From contig NC_042997.1 of NCBI RefSeq assembly GCF_006345805.1, positions 156,054,001 through 156,118,000 on the forward strand: a DNA stretch of 64,000 nucleotides, written 5' to 3'. Shown here in pieces: positions 1 to 11,546 of the stretch. Position 1 is the first letter of the stretch. Each line of letters begins with the position of its first letter. Made by a program: the position numbers and the translations under genes. The DNA is from Octopus sinensis. Taxonomy: Eukaryota. The notes beneath the pieces are model-generated. The model was not told the DNA's origin and ran no database searches. It saw only the letters and a program-made list of their open reading frames with translations.

Positions 1-160
1 GTGGCACATAAAACCACCCACTACACTCATGGAGTGGTTGGCGTTAGGAAGGGCATCCAGCTGTAGAAAAACTGCCAGATCAGACTGGAATCTGGTGAAC
101 TGGTTGAACTGTCCAACCCATGCTAGCATGGAAAACGGATGTTAAACGATGATGATGATG
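1..160 (+). mobile_element. RTE-LINE 3' tail fragment ending in (GAT)n
   Basis: Same GGTTGGCGTTAGGAAGGGCATCCAGCTGTAGAAA...CCCATGCTAGCATGGAAAACGGA tail as the LINE end at 13430-13594. Confidence 0.85.
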
Positions 161-1587
161 TTTAGTCAGAGTATGAAGGGCAATGCTGATGAATTTTTCA
201 GTGGATTTTTTTCGTTAACCATCGTAATTTAATGACTGCTTTCCATGCCGGCCATGGGTTTGATGGTTCAACAGGAGCTGGTAAGATTTAACATTGCCAT
301 CTGGTCCATGGAGCCTTTAACAGTGTCCATTAAGTTGCATGTGTTTCAGTCAACACTGGTTTGAAAATAACATGCTCACCCTTTTTCCAGAACTCCTAAA
401 AATAGTCATCAGTACTACCTTTCATCCTCTGACTAAGCCATAAAAACAAAATATACAGATGATTCAACAACACCCAGAATAGTTCACCACATGTATCAAG
501 AAAACCCACCTTCAATACAAGATTGAATAAGCCTATGTTATATAATCTTTCCATGCATCTTGATCTTAAATTACATCCTCTGTAAGGCCCAACATTCCGA
601 AGTCTACTCTATCTACTACGTCCAAGGATTTCCTTTATTTGTTTCCACCTTGAAAACTTTTCATCAACAATCCACTGTAATTTTTCCCTGTTTACATCAG
701 GAATGCAGTATCCATTTACATTGGATGTCCTAGCTAATGTAATTATTTATTGTAAGAATTGCTTAATACCTTTAATGGCAAGACAATTTCACATTTGCTT
801 TGAAAATGGATCATTCTCAAACATTAGCTTATATTATTAATATAACTCAGAGCTTTGTCTTATTAGTTGAGGTATGGATCTATTTTGGCAAACCTGGCGA
901 AAGATTTGATATAAACACGAATAATAACTCATTTGCCATCAGCCACACTCCTAAATTATACATTTATATCATAAATGAATCATTCACTTACATTACATGT
1001 CCTAGCTAATATTGTTGTTTATCCTGTATACATTGTCCAATACCATCGATGCCTTGACATTTTTGCAACTCACTTTACTTTCACTTTTCCTTTTAAATCA
1101 ATATTGCATGAACCAATGAGAGGGCAGTTACTAAAACTGCTAGAAACAGCAGTTGAATCTTCCTTAAGTCACATCGTACTGTTTTGAATAAAGAAAGTAG
1201 TCCTCAATATACACAAAGATGGAATGGTCATAGCTATAATGGCTTTAATCAAAGGTCTACTCAATCAAGGGTGATCTCCAATGAACAACAATAACAGCAT
1301 CAACATTACTCATCTTCTGGATCATTATTCTTCAACCTCTGTAGATCCAATGAATTCAGAGGCCATTTCTCACTGCCTTATAATATTCTTCCACATGCTT
1401 CATAGATTTAGGAGATAATAGAATATATCTCTTCCTACTAAACTATCTGAGCTGACCATAGCCTTCAGTTAGTGGCTGATCATATGATTAGCTTCTGTAG
1501 TGCACCTAGAACTTTGATGTCTTTGAAATGAATTATATTGCCTGATTGGAGTGCTTCTACCAGCACTGCTTCAGTAGCATTCTCAAG

Positions 1588-1588
<1 letters not shown>

Positions 1589-1644
<56 letters not shown>

Positions 1645-1702
1645 GTTATTATTATTATCATCATCATTATTATTATCATCATCATTATTATTATTATTAT
1701 TA

Positions 1703-1784
<82 letters not shown>

Positions 1785-1800
1785 CAGTAGCAGCAGCAGC
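1589..1800. repeat. Compound trinucleotide microsatellite (ATT)n/(ATC)n/(AGT)n/(AGC)n
   Basis: Directly visible; explains the poly-Ile/Leu/Ser ORFs at 1538-1854. Confidence 0.98.
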
Positions 1801-2635
1801 TGTAATGGAAAGAATGCCAAATTGTTGAGTCTAGAAAATATTTTTCTCAACTGATCAGTATGTCTTTCAACAACCTGATAAATCTATCTTATTTAACAAA
1901 ATTTTCTTTCATTTTCTGGTTTTAAGTTATGATTTCTACATTGAAATCTAGTCCCTGTGTAACATGGTTAAATCTCTAGTTTTAGGAAAACTATTGAAGA
2001 CAATTGTGAAAATCAATGAAATGTATTATCAACAGATAATACAGAAATTAATCAAGAATCTAATCTTGAAGGTTTTGCATAGTAGGATAGCACTGTACAT
2101 GTAAAATTTCTAAGCCTTGTTTATTCACAGAACTGGATTTTAAATTTTCTGGCGATGAAAGTAATTCTTGTCTTGAGTGCTTTGGTTTGTGGTAAATGAA
2201 AGTATGGTGCCAAATAAACTAAATTGCCATTTTACCTCCAAACACAATGATTTGTCAGGAAAGCCATTAAAATACTTCATGAAACTTTCAAAATCCATTA
2301 AGAAGCAATCACCATTATTTACCAAGAAAATGAAAATATCAGATAAATCTCAAGTGGCAAGTTACTTGCTTGCTCAGATAATAGCCAAAAACAAAGAGCT
2401 ACATTCATTTTCAGAAACTACCTTCATAGAATCGTGTTGTGCAATAGTTCAAATGGTGCTTGGGTCTGAATTTAAGTCCCAAATTAACAAATAAAGATTC
2501 TACTATATTATGAGAGGGTCATTATGCCAATAATAAATATGTGCACTGGTTATATTTCAATTCTTTATTTCTATTATTCAACGGGTTAATCATTTAACCA
2601 ATTAAATGATTGATTGTTTGATTTTTTTCATCAGC

Positions 2636-3235
2636 TATCATCATCATCATCATTTAACGTCCACTTTCCATGCTAGCATGGGTTGGACGATTTGACTGAG
2701 GACTAGTGAACCAGATGGCTGTGCCAGGCTCCAATCTGATCTGGCAGAGTTTCTACAGCTGGATGCCCTTCCTAACGCCAACCCCTGTGAGAGTGTAGTG
2801 GGTGCTTTTACGTGCCAGTCTGGCAGTACTGGCAACGGCCACGCTTAAAATGGTGTATTTTTACATGCCACCTGCACAGGAGTCAGTCCAGCAGCACTGG
2901 CAATGACCTCGCTCGAATGTTTTGTTCATGTGCCACCACCACAAGTGCCAGTAAGGCGACGCTGGTAACGATCATGCTCAAATGGTGCTTTTTACATGCC
3001 ACCGGCACTGAAGCCAGATAGCTGCTCTGGCACTGAAGCCAGATAGCTTGGATGGAGCTGTTAGCGCTCCACTGGCACGGGTGCCAGTCATCAAATTTGG
3101 TTCAATTTCAATTTCACTTACCCCAACAGGTCTTCACAAGCAGAGTTTAGTGTCCAATGAAGGGAGGTTGGTATGGGTGCCAGTTGTCGAATTTGGTTCG
3201 TTTTCGAATTCAAAATCCTCTTGTCACTGTTTGTG
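2636..3235 (-). mobile_element. RTE 3' UTR/tail fragment
   Basis: (CAT)n followed by the reverse-complement RTE tail and GTGCCACC-type repeats. Confidence 0.85.
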
Positions 3236-3734
3236 ATGTCATCAATGATATGCACCCTCTACCAAGATCTGCTTTAGGAATGAATAGTGATGAAAGGACT
3301 TTGATAAACCTAGCTGATTGATTGAGTGGTTGATTAGATGAAATGATTAATAAAAAAAATTGATCAATTAACTGGTTAAATGGTTAACCAACTGATTAAT
3401 TAAAGCAAGAAGTTAAATAAAACCAATGCATGTGTATTTATTAACATGCATAATGATCCTCCCAAGATGCAACAAAATATGTTTTAACATATGAGTTAAT
3501 GTTAAGAATCTTGCAAACTGAATACAAAATCAGAAATAGATTCTTTTAGCAGACAACACAAATGGTAAATGAATTGAAGATATATCTGAAGATATTAAAT
3601 TCAAATGAAGGATATTTTCACAAATGACGAGATGTTTGCATTGTAATTAGATGAGTCAACAGATGTAAGTGGGTTAATAGAATTATTAATTTTCATATGT
3701 TTGCTCATAATGACAGAATTATAAATTGCTTCTT

Positions 3735-4125
3735 AATCATGAGACCTAGGTTCAGTTCCACTGTGTAGCACCTTGGGCAAGTGTCTTCTACTACAGCCTC
3801 AAGTCAACCAAAGCCTTGCAAGTAGTTAAGTGAATTTGGTAGATGGAAACTGAATGAAGCCCATCATGTGTATGTGTGTTTGTGTGTAATCTTGTCTTGA
3901 TATCATATGAAAGTTGTAAATAAGTGTTACCATCATACTAGTGATGTTGTTCATTTCTGCTCTTCAATAAAAAAAAATCACGGGGAAATATTACCAGATT
4001 TGGAGATAGATAAAGGGTGGCAAAACAAAGGGTATCCAAGTGTAAAAAAAATGTGCTTCAGCAAATTGTCTGATCCATGCAAGCATGGAAAAGTGGATGC
4101 TAAATTATGACGATGAGGATGATGA
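3735..4125 (+). mobile_element. OR-type tRNA-derived SINE ending in an RTE-like (GAT) tail
   Basis: GGTTCAGTTCCACTG..GCACCTTGGGCAAGTGTCTTCTACTA..GGTAGATGGAAACTGA motif shared with many copies in the window. Confidence 0.7.
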
Positions 4126-4212
4126 ACTCATGCTGCCAAAAAAGATACAATAAAAACTATAAATGAGGAAATGTCTAAAACTTGAGAAAGCTTTTGTGAA
4201 GGAAAACAATTT

Positions 4213-4612
4213 CATCATCATCATCATCATCATCATCATCTTATTTAAAATCCGTTTTCCATGCTGGCATGGGTTGGACAGTTTGACAGGAGTTGCACCA
4301 GGTTCCACAGTCTATTTTGATTTGGTTTCTACAGCTAAATGCCCTTCCTAACACCAATCACTTTACAGAGTGTACTGGGTGTTTCTTACATGGTGCCAGC
4401 ACCAGTACCTTTTATGTGGTACCAGCACCAGTGCTTTTTATGTGGTACCAGCACCAGTGCTTTTTATGTGGTACCAGCACCAGTGCTTTTTATGTGGTAC
4501 CAGCACCAGTACTTTTTATGTGGTACCAGCACTAGTGCTTTTTATGTGGTACCAGCACCAGTGCTTTTTATGTGGTACCAGCACCAGTGCTTTTTATGTG
4601 GTACTAGCACTG
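4213..4612 (-). mobile_element. RTE tail carrying a 26-bp minisatellite (GCACCAGTGCTTTTTATGTGGTACCA, about 8 copies)
   Basis: Tandem array visible at ~4392-4612; explains the repetitive ORFs at 4293-4717. Confidence 0.9.
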
Positions 4613-4614
4613 CT

Positions 4615-4970
4615 AGGGACACCGGGTACCTTGCAAAAGAAAAAAACCTTCAACTGGGAGGGGGAAGTAGTATTGAGGGTGTATGACTTTGTGCCAGCTG
4701 AGAGATTAAAGATATAGAAGGACAGAGATAGGCTGTTGAGTAGACACATGTTGGAAAAGAATAGTGTGCAAGTTAGAGAATAAAATAAAGGGAGCAATAG
4801 TGAGAGAGAGAGAGAGAGAGAAATGATGGCAAAGATGTGTTGGGACATTTATGTGAGGGACATTGGAGATGGTGAGAATAGGTGAGGTGATACAGAGGTT
4901 TGGACTGGGAGAGTGGGCAAGACTGAGGTAATTAAAGCAAATGATGGCGAAATATATAAAGGAGGATAGG
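4615..4970 (+). mobile_element. Possible Gypsy remnant: polypurine tract plus start of a GA-rich LTR
   Basis: GGGAGGGGGAAG followed by TAGTATTGAG resembles the PPT/LTR start AGGGGGTGG-TGGTATTGAG at 32683; cut by a SINE at ~4972. Confidence 0.35.
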
Positions 4971-4971
4971 C

Positions 4972-5200
4972 GGTGAGCTGGCAGAACCATTAGCACGCCG
5001 GGCGAAATGCATAGCCGTATTTCATCTGCCGTTCCATTCTGAGTTCAAATTCTGCCAAGGTCGACTTTGCCTTTCATCCTTTCGGGGTCGATAAATTAAG
5101 TACCAGTTATGCACTGGAGTTGATGTAATCAACTTAATCTGTTTGTCTGTCCTTGTTTGTCCCCACTATGTTTAGCCCCTTATGGGTAATAAAGAAACAT
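4972..5200 (+). mobile_element. OK-type tRNA-derived SINE
   Basis: GGCGGTGAGCTGGCAGAA..GAGTTCAAATTC..GTCGACTTTGCCTTTCATCCTTTCGGGGTCGATAAATTAAGTACC. Confidence 0.85.
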
Positions 5201-5269
5201 ATATATAAGTGAGGCTTGGGGGTGTGGGGAATTTATAGAAATGGTCAGTCCGACAAGTGGAGCATATGT

Positions 5270-5610
5270 ATTACTAGTCTTAGCTTAATGGGTGTCCAAT
5301 CACACACCCATTTCTCTGCAAGAAGAATGCCTATACTATCATTGCTGCCCACCAAGAAAAATTTGTATTTATGTTCCTTACCCACAAGCAGTCTAATGTG
5401 CAGATGCATGTGCACAGCACACATCTACATGTCTCTGTTCAAGCATTTCAACCATCTTGCCAGATCTACCTTTAATTGTACCAACATCGATTGTTGCAGC
5501 TCTGGGCTTGTGACAGTGAGAAGCCTGGGAGGGTATGGGGCGGGAATGTTTTCAGCAACTAGAAAGAAGATCTTTGCGATCACTTGTCTGGAGGCAGCAG
5601 GTTCATGTAC
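5270..5610 (-). pseudogene. Degenerate RTE APE-endonuclease fragment
   Basis: Minus strand reads VGTIKGRSGKMVEMLEQRHVDVCC, similar to the LINE ORF at 9648. Confidence 0.75.
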
Positions 5611-8346
5611 TTAGTGTAAGCACACATTGGTTGCAGCATGAATTACAATTTGTAGGAGATAAATTGGATAGCACTATGTACAGATAGTGCTCCATCAATG
5701 ACTGGTTTATCAAAAAGCTTTAAAACTTTGGCAAAAAAAAAAAATAGGACGTACATATTCTAACTACTCATTGCTTTTATGTCATGAAGCTTGTGTTGTG
5801 CAAACAACTGGGAGTGAAGCAAAATTAGTTCTGGAACAAGTCAGTAAAATGATCAGTTATATTTAAAGTGGACCTCTTAAATTAAGATTATTTACTCAGC
5901 TTTTTTAAGAGATGGGAGCAAGGTTTTATGACCTTATTTTACATCCTAAAGGTCATTGGCTCTCAAGAGGTCAAGTGCTTTGTTGTGTATATGAATCTTG
6001 ACAATAATGTTTAAACTTTTTTTCAAGAGAATCAAACTGTATTTCATGATTTTTATCTAAAATGAGCCTTAATGCACAAAATTGGTATATCTTTCTAATA
6101 TGGGGAAGCCCGTGTGTGTGTGTGTGCGCGTGCACACCTGTGTGTATGTGTTTGTGTATTTCTATTTGTATTTGTTACCCCACCTTCAACTTCATGACAT
6201 CTGGTGTTAGTTTCTTCACATCCAAGTCACTTATTGGGTCAACAAAAGAGACTTAAAATCATCATCATAATCATTATTATCATCAATTAGTGTCCATTTT
6301 TCATGCTAGCATGGGTAAGACAGTTTGACTGGGACTGATAAGCTGGAGAGCTGCACAAGGCCCCAGTCTGTTTTGGTTTCCACAGCTTGGTTTCTACAGC
6401 TTGGTTCCTGGCTTGGTTTCTACAGATAGATGCCCTTCCTAATGTTAACCACTCCACAGTGTGTACTGGATATTTAAAAAAAAATTAATACTAAAATACA
6501 AAGGAAGGGAGACTGTATCTTAATGTCGTTTGATAAAATTTGCATGGTGGGAGACAAAATAACAATTTGGAAAAGAAAACCTAAAGAAGAAAATTTTTCA
6601 AGTGTTATCCAGAACTGATGAATGCAACTTAAAACGTGATATTAGTTTTAAATCTTTCATTGTTTAACATAACTTGAAAAGAGAATACATAATTACTTTA
6701 CAGATATCGAAATAAAAGAAGATGAGTGGATCAGAAAGCCATTTGTTTCAGCTGCATCAAACAACTTTTCACTGATTAAAGAAGAATTGGTTGAAATAAA
6801 AAAAACATAATTAGAGTTTATAAATGATATATAAAGAAGATAAATTAGTTTCTGGATTTATGTTTCAGAAAAGAATTCCAATATAGCTAAAGAGGTATTA
6901 AAATTACTTCTATGGTTTTCTATTACATACATTTAAATGTAATTTTAACTCTGACATATAAAAAGAACACACTGAAGCACAGGAGTTAAAAATTGTAAAT
7001 GATGAAATGCTGACGTCTTGAATGTCTTCTACTATAACCCTGGGCTGATCAAAGCTTTGAGAGTAAATCTGGTTGATGGAAACAATGGGGAAGCCCATTG
7101 TGTGTGTGTTTCTTTTTCTGTTTGTCTCCCCCCCCATCTACTGCTTGACATCTGGTGTTGGTTTGTTTACATCCCTGTCACTTATTGGGTCAGCAAAAGA
7201 GGCATCAATTCAAATTTATATAACATGACTATGATGCATTGTTAATTATTCATATCTAGTACATCTACAGCTGGATGCCCTTCCTAACTTGGTGTGGTTG
7301 GCATTAGGAAGGGCATCCAGCCATAGAAACTGTGCCAAATCAGACTGGAACCTGGTGCAGCTCTCTGGCTTAACAGTTCCAGTCAAACCGTCTCGCCCAT
7401 GCCAGCATGAAAAGCAGACATTAAATGATGATGAAGATGACGATGATGATGATGATGATGAGTATAATTGTGACATCAAAATGATGGTGTATAAGGATTT
7501 GCTATTTTATTAAGTAATATGTTGGTTTCATATTTTGGCACAAGGTCAGTAAGTTTAAGGAAGGGAGTAAGCCAATTACATTGACCCCAATGCTCAGCTG
7601 GTGCTTATTTTATCGACCCCCAAAAAGATGAAAGTCAAAGTCAACCATGCCAGATTTTATCAAGTAATATGTTGTAAAAACATTTATTTTTAAAATGTAT
7701 GTCACCAATGCAAACATTTTGGGAAGCTCTGCTCTATGTAAAAGCACATAAATTGGATATTCAATGAATAAAAAAAAAATATAATAAATACCAGTCTGAA
7801 ATAAGCAATGAGGTTGATGTGGTTGATTAAAATCCTTGTAGTCATTGCCCCAGTGTGGTGGTCACAAGTAGATCACTGAAATGAGTAAAAGACTAAATCT
7901 CATCCTTAACACTTAAGCATTCAGATTACTCTGTTAAGTGTAATGTTTATGCATGCAGTTCCATTATTTAGGCAATGCAGAAACAATATCCCTGCATATC
8001 TCACATCTATTTTCATTCCTCCACTTCACTCTCTATTTCATATCTTTTCTAGAGTAACTATTGCATAACCATTATCTCACACTGTCTCCAATGAAGGGAT
8101 ATATAAAATATCCCAGAAGTAGCTGTAAGACCTTCTATTTATAAATGTTCTGAAATCTTTCAGAGCCTTGGATTTTTATCTCATTCTGTTAATTTTTATA
8201 TATATACACATACTGATATATGACCTATGTTGACTCCTCATTTGCATAATCACCGAACCTGGAGCTTAACTATAGTCTGTCCATAGCACTTACTCAGCAT
8301 TACCTGACACCTTTGGGTCTTCTTGATACCATTACCTCTCATAACC

Positions 8347-8415
<69 letters not shown>

Positions 8416-8929
8416 ATTTCTTCAAAAACTATGTCACGGTATGAAAAAAATTTATAACATTCTTCTGACAGAATGACTCAAATATATATTTTTTAACCTT
8501 CTAAAACAAGCCTTCTGTAGTTTTTTCACTTTTTACTATTTTCTATATATTCAACCACGTGCTTTCACACACCAACTTTCTCACCTATATATATATATAT
8601 ATATAGGCATGGCTATGTGGATAAAGTGTTCACATCATAACCACTTGTTTTGGGGTTCTAATCTTCTGTATAGCATCTTGAACAGGTATCTTCTACCATG
8701 CCTGAAGCTGACCACCACTTTGCAAGCAAAATTTATAAATTCAAGGTAAACTGTATGGAAGCTATGGTATATATATATATATATATATATATGTTCAGTA
8801 ATTTCTGTTGCAGAAAATTCCTTACGAATTAAACCTGTTGTTCCTTAGCTCTCTCTCTCTCTTCCTTCCCCCCTCTCTCTTTCCTCATGCTTCCACCTGA
8901 TAATCCCCCCCCCATCCCTAACTCTTTAT

Positions 8930-9600
8930 AAAGCAGTGTTCGATTTATCTCGTCCCTCTTCTCGATTCTACATCTTGCTGACAAAACACTGACTTGAAAA
9001 ATGACCAGCTAAGCGAATTTAACTTACAACCTGTCATTCATATTCATTTTTTAAGCGTTGATTCGTAACTCTAAATCCCGTTTCTCTATTATTTGTTTCG
9101 CCATCTTGTATGCATGGCTTCCTGTCTGTCATGCATTTTAAATTCCTCCTTTAATTTCAGTGTCATCCCGTTGTTATTCCATCCCCAGAATTCACTACAA
9201 TATTCTCTCTCTCTCTCCTATTTATATTATGTTTTAATCGAACCCCGAAGTTTCTAGATGTTCAGTAATTTCTGTCGCAGAAAATTCCCTACGTATTAAC
9301 TTAAAACCTGTTGTTCCTTCGTCGTTATTCCTTTCCCCAAAGATACCCTAAATTCCCTACGAATATTTTCTCTCTCTCTTATTTATATTACGTTCTTCTC
9401 GAACCCCGAAGTTTCTAGATGTTCAGTAATTTCTGTCGCAGAAAATTCCCTACGTATTAACTTAAAACCTGTTGTTCCTTGGAGAGGTGACCCCGCCCTC
9501 CCACCCACCCACCCACCCACCCACCAGAACCGGAAGTTTCTGTTTTCTATCTTTCTTGACCCCCCCCGCACCCCTATGTAGGGTTTATTGTGATCATATA
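8930..9600. promoter_or_regulatory. CpG-retaining promoter-like patch (ETS ACCGGAAGT, GC-box CCGCCC, YY1-like CAAGATGGCG on minus strand)
   Basis: Roughly two dozen CpGs in ~0.65 kb versus a handful in the preceding 1 kb; motifs at ~9529, ~9493 and ~9100; inference only. Confidence 0.4.
9168..9480. repeat. ~160-bp tandem duplication, with a partial third copy at 8791-8846
   Basis: CGAACCCCGAAGTTTCTAGATGTTCAGTAATTTCTGTCGCAGAAAATTCCCTACGTATTAACTTAAAACCTGTTGTTCCTT occurs twice. Confidence 0.9.
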
Positions 9601-9647
9601 GCGCAAAAACTTTGAAATTTATGCAGGTTGTAGTCTAGAGTCTCAGT

Positions 9648-10499
9648 ATGATATCTGGCAAATGCAAGCTTTCTTTTCAGGTACAGAACACTGCGGCCCC
9701 TCATCCCAGGGTCTCAGAGGCCCACACCTCCCACACTCTCAGGGTGGGCACCCTCAACGTTGGCACATTGAAAGGTAGGTCTGGCGAGATAGTCGAGATG
9801 CTTGAACGGAGACGTGTTGATGTATGTTGTATGCAAGAAATAAGGTGGAGAGGAGGATCTGCTAGGGTCCTCACAGGCAAGGAACACAGGTACAAGATTT
9901 TCTGGGCAGGGAACACTGACGGGGTTGGTGGCGTGGGTATACTTATCGCTGAGAAATGGATAGATAGAGTAATTGAGGTAATCAGAGTAAGTGACAGAAT
10001 ACTTAAGATTAGAATAGTGCTTCATAATAGATTAGCAACCATTATATCAGCCTATGCCCCTCAGCCAGGGCTACCCGATGGACAGAAAGACAGTTTCTAT
10101 GACACCCTACTGCAGACCACCTCATCGACGAACGACAGGGACCTTCTCTTTGTGGCTGGTGATTTCAATGGGCATGTTGGACGACATGCTGGGGGCTTCC
10201 ATGGCGTACATGGAGGCTACGGTTATGGTTCCCGCAACGAGGAGGGAACCAGGCTGCTGGAGTTCTGCGATGCGAATAGTCTTATGGTCTGCAACACTAA
10301 CTTCAGGAAACCAACAAGCCACCTGGTCACCTACCGATCGGGCCGGCATACTAGCCAAATCGACTACATCCTTGCCAGAAAAAGGGAAAGATGGCTGCTT
10401 AAAAATGCCAAAACCTTCCCAGGCGAAGAATGCACCCCACAACATAGACTGGTAGTTAGTGACTTTAGGATCAGGACTAAGAGGGCGACTAGAAGATGA
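9648..10499 (+). CDS. RTE APE endonuclease domain (first frame segment)
   Basis: ORF track, 283 aa with APE motifs; frameshift near 10500. Confidence 0.9.
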   Translation: MISGKCKLSFQVQNTAAPHPRVSEAHTSHTLRVGTLNVGTLKGRSGEIVEMLERRRVDVCCMQEIRWRGGSARVLTGKEHRYKIFWAGNTDGVGGVGILIAEKWIDRVIEVIRVSDRILKIRIVLHNRLATIISAYAPQPGLPDGQKDSFYDTLLQTTSSTNDRDLLFVAGDFNGHVGRHAGGFHGVHGGYGYGSRNEEGTRLLEFCDANSLMVCNTNFRKPTSHLVTYRSGRHTSQIDYILARKRERWLLKNAKTFPGEECTPQHRLVVSDFRIRTKRATRR

Positions 10500-10562
10500 C
10501 CAACATGGAGAAGAAGGGTCTGGAAGCTTAAAGCCCCTGCGAATGGACAGAGATTTAGAGAT

Positions 10563-11471
10563 ATGTTACTTGAAGCCTTTGACGAAGTGGAAGGGGGTAT
10601 AGCTACACATGGGGTAGAAGACAACTGGACGTTTCTGAGGGACAACCTGCTGAAAGCCGCTGACCAGATCTGTGGCTGGTGCAAAGTCCCCTTAAGACCC
10701 AAAATAACGTGGTGGTGGAACAATATTGTTGACAGGGCTATTAGACAAAAGAAACAGGCTTGGAAGGCCTGGAAGAACGGTGGTAGCAGGGAAGGGTATC
10801 AGACTGCCAGAAGGGAAGCTAGGAGACAGGTCTATCTAGCCAGAGGGGAAGCAGATAAGAGAAAATTTGCCAATGTCCTGCGCCGTGAGGATGAAAGACT
10901 TGAGGTATTTCGTGTTGCAAGACAGTGTGTGAGAGAGAATCGTGATGTGGTAGGAGAGAAATGTGTTCGCATGGAGGATGGTTCACTTGCGCTAAATGAG
11001 GATGCAAAGAGAGAAGCTTGGAGACGCCACTATGAAAGGTTACTGAATGAGGAAAATGAATGGGATAAAGAGAGTCTGCCGAATGTTGACCCTACAGAGG
11101 GACCAGCTATCCGAGTTGATAGTTCCGTGGTAGCTAAGGCAATTAGAAGCATGAAGACAGGGAAAGCCCCAGGCCCATCAGGAATTACTGCAGAGATGCT
11201 CAAAATATCTGGCAGTGTCGGCTATAACCTAGTCACCCGTATAGTCAACCAGGTGATACACGAAGGAGTCATACCCAATGACTGTTGCAGCAGCATACTA
11301 GTCAACTGCTACAAAGGTAAAGGTGATGCCCTAGATACAAATAACTACAGAGGTATCAAGCTGTTGGATCAAGTAATGAAGGTTACGGAGAGGGTCATAG
11401 CCCAACTAATTAGAGAGAGAGTTAGTTTAGATGAGATGCAGTTGGGTTCGTGCCAGGAAAAGTACCACTGA
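10563..11471 (+). CDS. RTE linker and N-terminal RT (second frame segment)
   Basis: WWN, KAPGPSG, YKGKGD, NYRGIKLL motifs; frameshift near 11445-11495. Confidence 0.9.
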   Translation: MLLEAFDEVEGGIATHGVEDNWTFLRDNLLKAADQICGWCKVPLRPKITWWWNNIVDRAIRQKKQAWKAWKNGGSREGYQTARREARRQVYLARGEADKRKFANVLRREDERLEVFRVARQCVRENRDVVGEKCVRMEDGSLALNEDAKREAWRRHYERLLNEENEWDKESLPNVDPTEGPAIRVDSSVVAKAIRSMKTGKAPGPSGITAEMLKISGSVGYNLVTRIVNQVIHEGVIPNDCCSSILVNCYKGKGDALDTNNYRGIKLLDQVMKVTERVIAQLIRERVSLDEMQLGSCQEKYH

Positions 11472-11546
11472 TGCTATATTCCTGGTAAGCAGCTGCAGGA
11501 GAAATACCTAGCCAAAGATAAGCCCCTGTACCTGGCTTTCGTTGAC

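Larger units (their letters stand above)
2110..6975 (+). pseudogene. Fragmented hAT (Buster/Charlie, ZBED8/FAM200-like) transposase fossil
   Basis: Collinear degenerate pieces: 2177-2494 NESMVPNKL..HFTSKH..KPLKYF..ASY; ~3590-3730 MFAL.LDESTDVSG; ~5660-6030 CTDSAPSMTG..THC..GPLKLRLF..EMGA..HWLSRGQVL; ~6480-6975 DEWIRKPF..FWI..IAK (dimerisation region). Interrupted by SINE and RTE insertions. Confidence 0.85.

Noticed and set aside
1538-1854. Poly-Leu/Ile/Ser ORFs
   Set aside because: Translations of a trinucleotide microsatellite; the same applies to the HT, CV and YI repeat ORFs throughout the window
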